Positions 10,741 to 24,682 of a stretch of 64,000 nt of DNA are shown piece by piece. The translations under genes were made by a program, and so were the position numbers. The stretch lies in contig NC_058368.1 in assembly GCF_018350175.1 (NCBI RefSeq), positions 158,164,001 through 158,228,000 of the forward strand, written 5' to 3'. A model generated the notes under the pieces. It had not been told where the DNA came from. It ran no database searches and saw only the letters and a list, made by a program, of their open reading frames with translations. The DNA comes from Felis catus (lineage: Eukaryota). The stretch's first letter is position 1; every line of letters begins with the position of its first letter.

Positions 10741-13365
10741 TTCTCCTACATTTGGTTGAATCCTCATGAGGATTCAAATTCTTCTCTCCTCTGACATCAT
10801 TTTAACACACCTTATTAGAATAAAAAAGAAAGAAATGTTAGAGTTTTTTTTATATCACAATAATTTGGTAATTTTTCAATAAAATATAAGCCATATTATT
10901 TCAGCCAGATCTAAGTAGCACACAAAGTTTTCTGTGTTTTTTCTAGGTTATAATTGGGCCTGTCTTTTATCCATGTACTGTATTGGGGCTCCCCACAAAT
11001 GTTTATAGATATAATGAGAAAATAGCCAGAACTGTTTCAAGGGAAGAGTATTCTGATACCCACCCTCTTTGTGTGTTTTCTAAGCACACCCTTCTTCGGG
11101 AAAGAGGCAACTATTCTTAGATAGTAGAGCATTTCAACCAAGCATATGGCATTGAACAAGTTTAGAGGAGTTGGGGAAATATAGTGTGATTCCAATCATA
11201 AACATACACATGCATGTGTCTAGTTTATTTCATAATATATGCATGTAATGAAAACTGGAAAAAAACTATACCAGAACTATAGTAATAGAGTTCTGAATGG
11301 TAGGATTCCAAGTGGTTTTCTTTTCTCTTTTGGGGGTTTTCAAAATTTCCTCAAATGAAGGAATATTGCTAATATAATACTCCCCCAAAGGGGAGGAGAA
11401 TTCTCGAATCATGCAATAAGTGGCTAGAGGCACAGCCATATAGCATGAGGCCTCTTAATATTGCACCTATCTGTTGTTTATCAACATCATTAATAATAAA
11501 GATCTTTGATACCTCTTTGCCACTTTTTCATTAGCTGGAAAGATAAACTAGTCGCAAAAAATGTCAAAGCCAAAAGGTTTTTCAAGGACTTAATCAATAT
11601 GAACCAGTATCATTTAATAAGAAAATATGCTCATCCCTTTGTATGGCTTTGTGTTTGCATGCCCTGTGTGCAAGGATTGTGTCTAGAGATAAGAAATCAG
11701 GGCATCAGTCTGGTTCGCTATTTCCATGGCAACACATAGATTCAAGGAAGAGTTCTTGGTGTCTTTGCTATGTGTTGTGGACACGCGTCCCTCTAAGTTT
11801 AATTCCCTGTGAGACTGCCTCGTTTGTTGTAAATCTCTGAAGCAGAAGTGAGACACAGTTTTGGTTCTCAGAACTCATTAATATCGATAAATCTGTGAGC
11901 AGCAATAAAGAGTACCGGTACTCTGAAAACATCTCATTTTTCATGACAATTCCCTCTTAAAAGGTCACAAAAAAGTTCTTTTTAGGGTTACTAGTTAGTG
12001 TAGTATGTAACAGTAATGGTTTTCCTAGTTAAGGTTCTAGGCACGCCCACTCACACAGAAAGTAGGAAAGGAATTTTTCTCTTAATCTTTACTGAAAGGA
12101 AATATTTTCCAGTATTCTCTCCTTATAACCTTTTCCTGGTAAATCCTTAAAACTGGCAACAAAATTGTATAGAAAGCTAGAAGCCAGAATTCAGATCACA
12201 TTTCACCATAATCTCTGTAATCTTGGGCAATTTCCCTAATCTCTCTGTGCATCCAGTTTCTCATCAGTAAAATCATCTAAACTAATAAAAGGAAGGAAAA
12301 CCAGTTTGAGAGAAGAGGGAAAAACTGAGAAGAGAAAATTAGTGTTGTCACTATCCCCACTCTACTACAACCTCTGCTCCTTTTTCCTCCATACAATCAG
12401 TGGTCACAAAAGTAAAGAAAGAATGAAAGAGATTACGTTCTTTTTGGCCAAGCACACATATGAACCTCCCAAGAATTTTCAGGTTATTGTTTACATTAGG
12501 TTCAAGCAATGTATTCCCAGCCAAAAAAAAAAAAAAAAAAAAAAAAAAATCCACACAGTTGGGGAAGGTAGAAGCTGGCTTACCTAATGCCCATTAAATT
12601 TGTATCCCAAATCTACCCAGACATACAGGGATGCAGTTTTAGATTTTCAGAAGAAAGAACATCCCTGTCTATTCTTCTTTTATTCTCCCTAGTATTTTTT
12701 TTAAGAAGAAAAAGAAGTCATTAAAGAAATACTAGGGAGCTCATAGACTTTCCAAGAGGGCCAGTCTCTGAAGAGCAATACCTACTCACGTTCTAAATGT
12801 TTCTCAGCGACCACAAAGCCACAGGGAAAGTAAGAGATACAAATTGGATTCTGCTGGCTGAGCAACCCAGTCCATGGTTGTAATCTGGGAAATCCAGGAA
12901 AAGCACTGAGCAGCCTTGGCCTTGAGGAGTCCACTCTAATCTGCAGGTGAGCCAAAAAAGGGTAACTGTACGAACCAAACCTCATCTACCCTTTGGCCCT
13001 ATATTAAAAGCAGGCCCTCAGGGCAAGCTGATTTCAATCTATTTCCAGGGCCTTCAGGTGTTACTAAAATGTCCCAAGCTTTCCTAGCTGATAAGTGTCT
13101 AAACCAAGATTCTAGCCCAGGTCTAGGGCCTTGATGCCCCAAGTAAGGTTTAGAGACAAGCCATGTAAGCATCACCAGACCTTCTGACTTCGCATCTCTT
13201 AACACACATTTCTCGACAGGTAAGAGGAGCATAATACCTGCTTCACCTCCTTCAGAAATTGGTTGTGAAAATCTGAGGCAAAGTTTTTACTGCCCTGTAG
13301 AAGAAGGAGAAACTTCAAGATGGTATAGTGAGTTTTCCAAAAACTCCATTTTAGGCTATTTAAAG

Positions 13366-13370
<5 letters not shown>

Positions 13371-13414
<44 letters not shown>

Positions 13415-13477
13415 TATATATACATATACATACATATATACATATACATATACATATACACACACACACACACACAC

Positions 13478-13518
<41 letters not shown>
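13371..13518. repeat. Compound (TA)n/(TACA)n/(CA)n microsatellite
   Basis: Direct reading. Confidence 0.98.
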
Positions 13519-13521
<3 letters not shown>

Positions 13522-13789
13522 ACCTCCTTGCTCTTTTGCTAAGATCATGTTCTTTCTTTCATCAGTGGTGGTGATGGAATTTACAAGTTTTTTTTTTTCT
13601 CTCAGATATCACTATTTGAAAAAAATACAAAGTTAGACGATCTATGTTGTTATTAGATTGGGGGGGTATTAACTTGGGGGGTGGTAATTTTACTAGTCTG
13701 TGAAACCCCAAAATTTGTGATCCACTACGTGAAAATGCTTGGAAAGCTACAGCAGTGTAAAAAAAAAAAATGAGGTGTTACTGTTTTCT

Positions 13790-13993
13790 TTTTTTTTTTA
13801 ATGTTTATTTATTCTTGAGAGAGAGAGAGAGACAGAGTATGAGCAGGGCAGGGACAGAGAAAGAGACACACACACAGAGAGACAGAATCTGAAGCAGGCT
13901 CCAGGCTCCGAGCTGTAAGCATAGAGCTGGAACTGGAACTCATGAACTGCGAGATCAGGACCTGCACTGAAGTCCAACGCTTAACCGACTGAG
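13790..13993 (-). mobile_element. Can-SINE, slightly 5'-truncated
   Basis: Reverse-complement body; head stops at ttaaccgactgag. Confidence 0.9.
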
Positions 13994-14840
13994 GAAACTG
14001 TCTGAAGGGTAGGTTCTGCTCAGTGCCCAGAAATGTAAATGTCCTCACTGTCTCCTGGATCTTGTGGTTCCTGGGAAGAAGAGGAGAGGAAGCCAGGGAC
14101 TCAACTAGATGATTTGCCCCTTGATACCACTAGGAGGTGTTTGGATCCTCTTCAAGTCCTATCAGACGCCCAAGTTTCCTGTTCGTAAAGTAAAAGATGA
14201 AGTTGAGACTTACCTTTTTGCCATACTTTCATTTTCATTTCGCTTGGAGTGTGGCTTCTCTTACAAGGTGAACAGGAAAGGTCAGTTGCTCGGTTGATTG
14301 CCATTCAAGACTGTTGTGGGAGCAGAATCCCAATTGAAAGTAGAAATAATGTTACCCTTTCTCATCCAAACATTTAGAAAGGAAATAAATCCTTTTAAGC
14401 AATGTTGATTTTTTAAATCATCCTTTCAAAGTGACCATTTCAGTGAATAAAAACTTCTCTCCACTTAATTATCCTTTTATCCTTCACCAAACAAAGGCCC
14501 CATTTGTAATAGGATGCACTAAATAGTTGTGGCAGTTTACCTTGTTTTAAAAAATGTTCTGTAAAGAAGGAAGTTAATAAATTGCTTTAGCAGATCTAAC
14601 AGTCTCCCATGGCTAAAATGTTTGAAATTCAGAGGGTGTCACCCAATATCTTGCTGCTCAGAGGAAATATCTTCAAAGATGGCAAGAATCAGTTTTAACC
14701 TTTCTATAAAGACACAACATTAATACTGTGTATATAAACTGAATAAGGTTTCTATTTCTGTTTGATAAGTATGCCCTGGATAAGCATGTTTGATAAGTAT
14801 GCACATGAAACAGTAAAAATGAAAAGAAATATAGAAATCA

Positions 14841-15023
14841 GGAACACCTGGGTAGCTCAGTCAGTTAAGTGTCTGACTCCTGATTTCAGCTTAAGTCGTG
14901 ATCTCATGGTTCCTGAGATCGAGCCCCACATAAGGCTCTGTGGTGACAGCACAGGGCCTGCTTGGGATTCTCTCTCTCCCTCTTTCTCTCTCTCAAAATA
15001 GATAAATAAGCATTTTTTTTAAA
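14841..15023 (+). mobile_element. Can-SINE
   Basis: Canonical head, cctgcttgggattctctc, tail; TSD agaaatca. Confidence 0.92.
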
Positions 15024-16049
15024 AGAAATCATACACCCAACCACTTTGTAGGAAATTGGGTGATGTTATTATAACTGTATAGGTTTAGAGCCAGGCATAC
15101 AGATCTGCCCCAAGGTTGAACCTGCCATTTGTGAAACCTTAGGATGTCATTCTTCGCTCATCACTCTGCTTCTTTATTTGTAAAGTGAGGATAATAATAT
15201 TCTGAGATAATATAAGTCACAGAGACCTGTGAAGTTCTGTTCTCAAAGTTGCCAAATTAGTTTAACCTTCAGAGCCCAGGTTAGAAGTAAGTATGGATAC
15301 TGTTTCTAGCACATTCAGAACATAAGCAATTAACAAAGACTTTGTCACTGAATGAAACTGTCAGATGATTACACAACTGCTTTTTATATGTGCTGGCCCT
15401 TCTTAGCCCTAGGATGCCCAGGGTATCACTGAGGAAGGAGGTTCCTGATGAACTTGAATTCTGTACTGCATATCTCCTACTGAAGTATCTAGAAGAATTT
15501 AACATCTACACAACTAATGCCTAGTCCCTAGGCATAAGGTATAGACAATGTCATTGATCCCTTGAAAGCACCGATCTTTGAAAGGCAGTTCCTTCTAATT
15601 GAATGACATATAATATGGAAAAGTCACCTCAAATAGCTGGGCATGGGGCTTCAATGAAGTTCATTTCCCCCTTCCTTTTTTATTTCTCTTTCCTTGAAGA
15701 TAATAACATGAAAGGTGGAATTAAACAGCTTCCAGCCACATGGAGAAACATTAGCCTCTCTTTATCAGTTGATGGTTTTGAAAGGCTAAGTGATTTTAAT
15801 AATCAAAAACCAAAAACCAAAAAACCAATAATCAAAAATCTCAAAAATCAAGCCAGAGTTCGGGGTAGCAAAATGTAATCTCTGGTGTGACACCCTTAGC
15901 ATGAGTTAAGATAGAGTAGTCCTGCTTCTGGCTACTTATTGTTTCATGAGGAAGAAATTTGATAATATTTCTTAGGGCTAAGATATGAGGGAAAACTAGC
16001 CTATGGACAATGTCTACAGTGAAAGAAAGCAAAGAAAGAAAGAAGCCCT

Positions 16050-16500
16050 GTTCCACATGTCTACTAACACTGAGGTGGGCTTGTATGGTAGAGGCAGTGG
16101 TATGTTGAGTGGATCCCTTCAAGCAAGGACTTGGTCCCACCTGCAGAGAATGTGGTCAGCAAACAGTCTCCAGCTGTCAGCTCCACCCAGGGGGACTCAG
16201 GTGCAGAGAACTGAATTAACTGAGGTCATGCCCTATTTTAGCAGCTTACATATGGCCACTGAATGGGGATAAGGGGTGTAAAAAGGGCCTGCCATTTGGT
16301 AAGATGTGTGGCAACCCTTCCTGACATTTCTCTTCCAAGAGTTCGCCCTGGGTCAGCCAAGGCTTTGCCAAACCTCCACTGCAGTCCAGTTTCTACCAGT
16401 GGTCAATCTGTCTTCCATCCCCAAGTGTCACTCCTTATAAATAACATGTACCATAAACTCTGTCTCAGCATCTCATTCAGAGAACCAGACCTGCAACTAA
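16050..16500 (+). mobile_element. Old ERVL LTR (LTR16/LTR33-like)
   Basis: 3' end taaactctgtctcagcatctcattcagagaaccagacctgcaac resembles LTR16-family terminus. Confidence 0.5.
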
Positions 16501-17009
16501 ACGCATCATACTTTCCTAAGAAGGGTAGCTTGACACTTTGCACACTTTCTGTCAGGCAGTTCACACAGAGTTAAATCAGAGGGCTGTTACAAGAGTTTGA
16601 TTTCACACTCTTCAACCTTGCACTCCAACCTCGTCCCCCAACTCCTCTCCCACAAGCCTTTCACTCAAGCAGCGTGGGTTTGCTTGCTTCTCATCTTCAA
16701 AACCCAATCCTCTGCTGCCTTAGAGAAATGTCCTCCCAGTCTCATTCTGCCCAACCTTGACTAATGCAGCTGAGCCATGAGTCACAGCATTTATTTGTGT
16801 TGACTCTGGCAGGGGTGAATTTCTTTGCTATCAATTGCTATAAATTTTGCAAACACAGAGTTAAACCACAGCCAAGCCCTAGACCAGCTAACCCTGGGAT
16901 ATTGTGGACTGGGCTCAACAGTGTCAGCTCCAGAACAAGGCAACGCCAGATGACTCTAAGCCTGTAACCTGGTGGGTTTGATCTACTTATCAAGGCTTCC
17001 TGCCTTTGA

Positions 17010-17330
17010 CTCATATTTATGGAGCAATGTCCTAGCACTGGGGACATATCACTGAATAAAACAGTCATGTTCCCTTCCTCAGAGCTTACTGTCTAGGGAG
17101 GGACGTAAAAATTTAAAATCAATAAACCTGCAAGTAAACGTAATTGCCTGTGCAGGATACTAAGAGAATGCAGTGATGGAAAATAAAAGTGAGAAGTAGG
17201 ATCCACTTAAATGGTGGGGTTAGGAAAGTCCTCTCCAGAAAAAGACACTTAGGTTGGGCCTGAAGAATAAGAAATATGAAAATAAGAAAGGCCTGGAGAG
17301 TCAGTGGAAAAGCATTCCAGGCAGAGGGAT
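17010..17330. mobile_element. L2 fragment
   Basis: atatttatggagca...ctagcactggggacatatcactgaataaaacag...gagcttactgtctag; agcattccaggcagaggga. Confidence 0.65.
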
Positions 17331-17404
17331 GATACCCAATTATCCTTTATTTATTGATCAATGAAGTTACTTCTAAAGTTGGGGAGGGGGTGGTGTGGGG
17401 AAAT

Positions 17405-17576
17405 GGGGCACCTGGGTAGCTCAGTTGGTTAAGTGTCTGACTTTGGCTCAGGTCATGAACTCATGGTTTGTGAGTTCAAGCCCCACGTCGGGCCCTGTGC
17501 TGACAGCTCAGAGCCTGCAGCCTGCTTCAGATTCTGTGGCTCCCTCTCTCTCTGCCCCTCCCCCACTTGTGCTCTG

Positions 17577-17611
<35 letters not shown>

Positions 17612-17635
17612 AATAAATAAAATGTAAAAAAAAAA
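17405..17635 (+). mobile_element. Can-SINE
   Basis: Canonical head/body/(CT)n/tail. Confidence 0.95.
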
Positions 17636-17767
17636 TTAAAGTGGGGCAAAAATGCAGTAGGGAAGAAAATCATCTTCTAATCACACAAGAAATGAAGTAT
17701 TGTATTGACTTACAAAGAAATGCTTTAAAAGTTTTGTTTGTTTTAGCCTACAACTGATTCTTATGGG

Positions 17768-17806
17768 TTGGGTTTGTTTGTTTGTTTGTTTGTTTGTTTG
17801 TTTGTT
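17768..17806. repeat. (GTTT)n microsatellite
   Basis: Direct reading. Confidence 0.95.
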
Positions 17807-18730
17807 TTCATAATCATTTGTGGAGTCCTGAACTTAATATATTGCTTCTGCTGTTGTGCATTTGATATCCTCTTCCTGGGATTTATTTCTCCACTGTCCA
17901 CTCTTAGGGCCTTTCCTTGCTTATTCTTCAAGATTCACTTTAAGCAACTACTCTTTTTTAAATAGCATTTTAAAAAATGAGATTAACTTTAGATGACATA
18001 AAATTCACCATTTTAAGCTGTGTACTTTAGTGATTTTTAGTTTATTCACTATGTTTTGAATATACTAAACATTGCCATGATCTAATTCCGGAACATTTTC
18101 ACTACCTCAAAAAGAACTCTAGTAACTGTTACCACTTAGTTTCAATTTTCCTCTACTCCCATGCCTTGGTGACCACTCGTCTACCTCTATCTCCATGGAT
18201 TTGCCTATTCTGGACACTGCGTATTAGAATCATGCAATGACTAGAATCATACAGTCTGTGGCTTTTTGTGTCTGGCTTCTTTCATTTAACATAAGGTTTT
18301 CAAAGTTCACGTATGTTGTAGCATGGATCCATACTTTTCTTTGTGGCCAAATAATATTCCACTGTGTATATATACCAAATTTTGTTTATCTATTCATCAG
18401 CTGATAGACATTTGGATTGTTTCTACTTTTTGACTATTGTGAATAATGCTGCTATGAACATTTGTATGCAAGTTTTTCTGTAAACACCTGTTTTCATTCC
18501 CTCAGGTATATATTTAGGAGCAGAATTGCTGTGTCATATGATAATTCTATATTTACAATTTTGAGGAACTGCCAAGATGTTTTCCACAGAAGCTTCACCA
18601 TTTTACATCCCCACTAGCAACATATGAGTATTTCAATGTCCCCACATCCTTGCCAATACTTGCTAGTGCCCTTTTTTTTTTTAAGTATTATTATAGACAT
18701 TCTAGTGGGTTGGAAGTAAAAATTCACCTA

Positions 18731-18937
18731 TTTTTTAAAGTATTTATTTTCGAGAGGCAGAGACACAGAGGGCAAACAGGGGAGGGTCAGAGAGAGAGGG
18801 ACACACAGAATCTGAACCAGGCTCCAGGCTCTGAGCTGTCAGCACAGAGCCCGATGTGGGGCTCGAATTCACAAAGCATGAGATCACGAACTGAGCCAAA
18901 GTCAGACACTTAACCGACTTAGCCACCCAGACACCTC
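18731..18937 (-). mobile_element. Can-SINE
   Basis: Reverse-complement canonical SINE. Confidence 0.93.
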
Positions 18938-19612
18938 TGTTTTTGTTATTGCTATCTAAAACCCCATTTTACTGCTATCTAAAAACCCACTGACTAACAT
19001 CAGTTCTTGTAGGTATTAACTTGTGTTTCTTCTAAGAGTTTTACTTAGTTATTTTTTCTTCTAAGAGTTTTATAGTTTTAACTCTTATATTAGGTCTTTG
19101 ATCCGTCTGGTATTAGCTTTGGTCTATAGTGTGAGAAAGAAGTACGTATGCATTTATGTTCCCTACCATTTGTAAAAAAGACTATTCTTTCCCCCATTGA
19201 ATCTCCTTGGCGTTCTCATCAAAATGCAGTTGATCATAAATGTATGGACTTATTTCTGGACTCTCAATTCTCTTCCATTGGTGTATATTTCTATCTGTAT
19301 GCCAGTGCCACATTTTCTTGATTACTGTGGACTTAAAGTTTTGAAATTGGGAAATGTGAGTCCTCCATTGTGGTCTTATTTTTCAAGATTGTTTTGACTA
19401 TTCTGTGTCCCTTGCAATTGGAAATTTAAGCGGGATTTCTTTGAACCTGTAGATCAGTTTCAGTAGTATTGCCCTATCAATACTAGCAGATCTTCCAAAA
19501 AAATAATAGTAAATCTTCCAATATATGAGCACAGGATATCTTTTCATTCTTTTAGATCTTTAATTTCTTTTAAGACTATTTTGTAGTTTTCAGTATATGA
19601 GCTTTGTAGTTC

Positions 19613-19824
19613 TTTTTTTAAATTTTTTTAATGTTTATTTATTTTTGAGAGACAGAGAGACAGAGCAGAAGTGAGGGAAGAGCAGAGAGAAAGGAGACAC
19701 AGAACCCAAAGCAGGCTCCAGGCTCTGAGCTGTCAGCACAGAGCCCGACACAGGGTGCAAACTCGTCAGATCATGACCTGAGCTGAAGTTGGACACTCAA
19801 CTAGCTGAGCCACCCAGGTGCCCC
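19613..19824 (-). mobile_element. Can-SINE
   Basis: Canonical; TSD ctttgta[g/a]ttc. Confidence 0.94.
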
Positions 19825-21929
19825 TTTGTAATTCCTTAAATTTTTTCTTAAGTGTTTCTTTTTCTTTTGATGCTATTGTAAATGGAATTGTTTTCTTGAT
19901 TTTCAGAGTAAGCATTTTCTCCTATGTAAAACTTTCCCTGAACTTCACTTCCCCCAAGTGAGAACTGATAATTCTTCACTCAATATTTTCTCTCTGCTGG
20001 GCGTAGACTTGTATTATTAATACCCACCACAATATACCAAAAGGCCCAAATTTGTATAATGTCAATTTCCCTTACATGTGGACAGAGACTGTGTTCTGTT
20101 TACCTTTTTTTGTCCCTAAGACTTACTTAGGGGCACTGGCATACAGATAGAAATATACGCCAATGGAAGAGAATTGAGACCCAGTAAATGTTTACAGAAC
20201 AGAGAAAGGAAAAAATAATTGCCACCACTGAGGGTTTTCAGTAAGACTGAAAATACCATTTAGGAATTCTAGGGAGAGGGAGGAGTGGGGAATGAGGCTG
20301 AAGATACAGGTGGAGCAGAGACTGGAGCTGGTATTTCACTCCCCACACAAAGAGGAGTGTCACCATGAGGATGGTTCCACCAGTGTTGGAAGAAGATCGA
20401 TAACTGATTTGGATTGGGGAGGTGTAGGCCAAGACAGGAACTTGCTGCAGTATGGTTGTGAGGAAATGAATCCGATGTAGGTTAATAGATGTGGAAATGG
20501 GAAAGAAGGAAACGATGTGAGAGGTGTTAGAAATTCAAAACTCTTGGGTGACACTCCTGAGTGTCAATGGTGCCTCTATTCCAAATCCCATCAGTAAAAA
20601 CATTGAGTAGTGCTCCCTCTGAAATGAAATATTTTGTGCCCAACATAGTTTACATTTTTTGACCAATGTCTGATATACACTACTGGGCCAACATTGTTTA
20701 ATCTATTTGATATTTCTAAGCTCAATAGACCACAAGGGTGAAAATAAGCCCACAAAATTATGGGTGATTAAAAACAAATATTTGCATTCGGACTGTTCAG
20801 CAATATTGAGGATTCAACAAAGCATTAGGCAAGGTTTCTTAAAGAACTCATAATCTAGTTGGAAGGGTAGATATTGCATTATGCCAGAGAATCACAGTGT
20901 GACTCAGCACTGAACTTTGTGATTCAGACTTTGAGTACCATAGAAATTCTGAACAGAGGATGACCTTCAGAGGCTTTATGACTAGAGCAACACCTTGTAA
21001 TTTGAGTAGGCTCTGATACCATAGATGCAGGAATTCCTAAGACAGAGAGTATCCCAGTCAAGGAAGAGCCATGTGAGCAGACAACGTACTTAGAAAGGAG
21101 TCTTGATATTCTACAGGGAGAGGATGTTTAAAACTTCTTGACCTGAGGGAAGCATTGTGTCAAGATGTTATGGGGAAATATATGTATAAAGAGAAATAAT
21201 AGGAGGTAGGAGCAAATTACATGGACTTTGCTTTTCTCTTTGTTTCCAATTCCAAAGTTTGAGGTGGAGAGATGAGAAAGCCTGGAAGGAGTAGATGTTG
21301 CCATGCACATATTGAAGGAAAGCTTAGATACAGTCACTCTCAGAATTGAATGGGATTTGGAGACTATATATAGAATTAGGAGGTTGGACAGGATTTTGAC
21401 TGGTTAGAACCCAGCTCTCTAGGCTGAGACAGGATAAGGTGCAAGCCATCCTAGACTGATTTAAAGCTATATTTTAAAGTTTCTAGATACAAAGTTTATA
21501 ATCTCCTTAGTAACTTTCATTTCCAAAGCAACCTTCACATCAGAAAATCTTTCCTATAGTGCACTGAAGTATCTCTCATTGTGACTTAAGTTCCATGCAT
21601 TTGTTCTGACCTAGTGGAAATCAGGAACAGATGCTCACCACCAATTTCTCCAGCTACTCCAAGACTAGGCTATTGCCATTCAGAAGCCTCTTTCAAACAT
21701 TGAAGGACTCTCTTGTGTGCTTAGTTAGAAATTGCTTCTGCTTCAGGTAATTTTAAAGATTCTTCAACTTGGCACATAATAGATCAATTTAGATGGCTTA
21801 ATTTCTTCTACTTTTCCCTATCATCAATTCCATCTCATCTCACTACTGTCTCCTAAAACTGTAGTTTCTCTCAATAACTAATCTTTAATCTTAGAAATGT
21901 TAATTTCTATTTGGTTCAGGTATATAGCT

Positions 21930-22300
21930 GTCTGGAAGGAGCAGGAATTTGAGAGTCAAATAGGCTTCGATTTCTAACTTGATCTCTTTATGACTCAAGT
22001 CTCCTTATCTGCAAAAGGATAATAATAGTACCAACCTTGTTAGGTTTGCTATATACAAATTATGGAAAGTACTCTCCCCAGAGACTGATGCTTAGTAAGC
22101 ACTCTATGATAGTTATTATTCACTATTTAAAGTCTCAACCCCATCATAAGTAAGCTCTGTGACTTAACCTTTCTGAGCCTCTTTCCTCATCTGATAATGA
22201 GTAGAAGATGTATCTTACAGGTTGGTGTAAAGTTGAATACAGTAAACCACGTTAAGCTCTTGGCACATAGTGCCACTCAGTGAACGACATTGTTAATAAC
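21930..22300 (+). mobile_element. Two adjacent MIR fragments
   Basis: ctccttatctgcaaaaggataataatagtaccaacc; gacttaacctttctgagcctctttcctcatctg. Confidence 0.65.
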
Positions 22301-23379
22301 AGGAAAAAATCGAGTGTTCACAAAGCCTTGTCCATTCTGACATTGTATTGAAGGATATGATTCTGAATTTAGGCTTAAAAACCTATTGAAATATAGGCAT
22401 TTCCCATTTTTCTCTTAAGCTTTCTCTAATTTCTCAATATGCCCAGCAGTTTGTTTTTGTTTGGCAAAAATTAAAAAATAAAATAGAATTCTTCAGATAT
22501 ATTTAGATTATTGCTGCTGATCTAATATTAAAATGATTTGTTGGATTTGAAATGAAGGAAATGAAAACATAAAACTATGAAAAAAGGAAAATATGGAAGA
22601 GAAATGCTGAATGAATGAAAGACTGGACAACATTTGGAAATACTTTCAAATGTAAATTTATAAGGAAGAGTTTTATGTACCACTTTGAATCAGTGGTGGT
22701 TGTGACCAGTGGGAAGAAGGGGTCAAATATGACTGCTGGCATCCCCATAAGATATTTGCACAAGTGTGGAGGATGACAAGTTCTCCGCTCTGGAGCCACT
22801 ATACCCAACAACAGGTCACTCTAGGAAAGCTCAGCTTCAGCTGCATCTTGGGAGGGGGCAGTACTGGAATAGATCAGAATCCTCCTGGGGTTTTTCCAGT
22901 CTGTTGCCTCTCTGTGTGTGCAAGGCTGGAACTATGAATATAAAAGTGTTGCAGGCTCAGATTAGGACAGAAAATAGCATTTCAGAGGGAGTGGTATCAC
23001 TCTCCATCCTGAACCCTAGAGGATACCTGATTCTTGGTGGGTAGAGAAATTTGCAATTACTGGCATCAATTTCATGAATAGTCTTTGACCCCTACTATTT
23101 TTAAACATGATGTATATGGAATACACTTATTTATTTTTCCTTTTCAATGTGGAAGGCCTGCTCAAATGCCAATGACAATAATCATGAAGAATGTTTTAAA
23201 TAGTAAGAAAATTTTAGTTTCATGTCACACTGAAAAAGTTCATTGTGCAATAATTTCTATCTAAAATCTTAAACCTTAGGAAACAGATATTTTTTTTTTA
23301 TTATTACATCAAAGCCTAAGTTTAAAACTACCACCAAAATTGGGGGTGAGTAAGGATCTTCTCTTGACCAATGAGGTAT

Positions 23380-24080
23380 ATTTTAAATTATTTGATTTTT
23401 AAATATGTAATTCATTTACATATTAAAGATTTTAAAAAGGTAAATACAGCAAAATTTCCTCTCATCCTGTCCTCCAGCCACCTGTTCCTCATCTAAAAGA
23501 CAACTAATGTGAGTGATTTCCTGTGCATCTTCCATAGGAATTTGATACATATTCAAGCATATACATTTCTTTTTCATCCCCTTTTAGCCAAATAGCTTTT
23601 TTTTTCATGTTGCTCTGCACTTAGCTTTTTTACTGAATATACCACGAAGAACATTACATAGTAATACAGAAAGAGCATTCTTATTCTTATTTTCTGATTG
23701 TACATACCAAAATTTATTTGATGAATACCCTATTAATAGAAATTTAGGTTGTTTCCAAATGTTCTTATTAAAAAAAATACTTCAGTGAAAAACAGTGGCC
23801 TTGCTCATGGACCATTTTGTATATGTGCAAATATGTCTGTCATATACATGTTTGGAGTTTTTGCTGGGTTAAAGGGTAGGTACATTAGCAATTTTGATAG
23901 ATATTGATAATAATTTGAATGTCTGTTTTTTCACCTCATGAATTATGTAGGATTCATATTTTTTAACCTTTACCAGTTCTGAGAGGTAGAAAAATAGTAA
24001 TGAAGTGTAATTTTAATTTGCATTCTCTTATTATAAAAGAAAATGAGCCACCTTTTCATATGTTGGGAATTGTTCATACT
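23380..24080 (-). mobile_element. Old L1ME-like fragment
   Basis: atttaggttgtttccaa...ttgctgggttaaagggta...ttttaatttgcattctctta. Confidence 0.65.
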
Positions 24081-24271
24081 ATGTTTTTTATAAACTTTCA
24101 GTTAATGAGAATCAAAATGCAAAGTCACAAAAAAACCCACGAAATTATATTACAGTTTAATAAAGTAAATTAATGCCCTTTCTCCCCAATATAAAGATGA
24201 GCATCTTTCTTTATGCAAATGATGCAGTTTTACAGAAGTGAACAAAGTAATCTTTAGAAGAAGATGAATGT

Positions 24272-24682
24272 GGAGTGCCTGGGTGGCTCAGCCAATTGAG
24301 TGTCTGACTCTTCATTTGTCTCAGGTCATGATCTCAGTCATGAGAGCTCTGCATGGGGCTTGGTGCTGAGCACGGAGCCTGCTTGGGATTCTCTCCATCT
24401 CTATCTGCCCCTCCCCTACTCCTGCCCTCTCTTTCTCTCAAAATATAACTTTTTAATTTATTTATTTTGAGAGGATACAGAGAATGCAAGTTGGAGAGGG
24501 ACAGAGAGAGAGACAATCTCAAGCAGGCTCCACAGAGTCAGTGCAGAGCTCGATGTAGGACTTGAACCCATGAAACCACAAGAGCATGACCTGAGCCAAA
24601 ATCAAGTTTTGGACACTTAACCAACTGAGCCACCCAGGTGCCCCTCTCTCTCAAAATAAATAAATAAAAACTTAAATAAATA
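24272..24682 (+). mobile_element. Can-SINE with a second, antisense Can-SINE nested in its tail
   Basis: Outer TSD aag[a/c]tgaatg 24261-24270 / 24683-24692. Confidence 0.9.
24449..24644 (-). mobile_element. Can-SINE (nested)
   Basis: Inner TSD tctctcaaaata 24434-24445 / 24647-24658. Confidence 0.92.

Larger units (their letters stand above)
17975..19905 (-). mobile_element. L1MB-like LINE (3' UTR plus ORF2 remnants) interrupted by two Can-SINEs
   Basis: acataaaattcaccattttaag...gatttgcctattctggaca...gaataatgctgctatgaacatt...gactattctttccccca. Confidence 0.88.

Noticed and set aside
11909..11924. Perfect 16-bp palindrome agagtaccggtactct
   Set aside because: About one such palindrome is expected by chance in 64 kb (64000/4^8).
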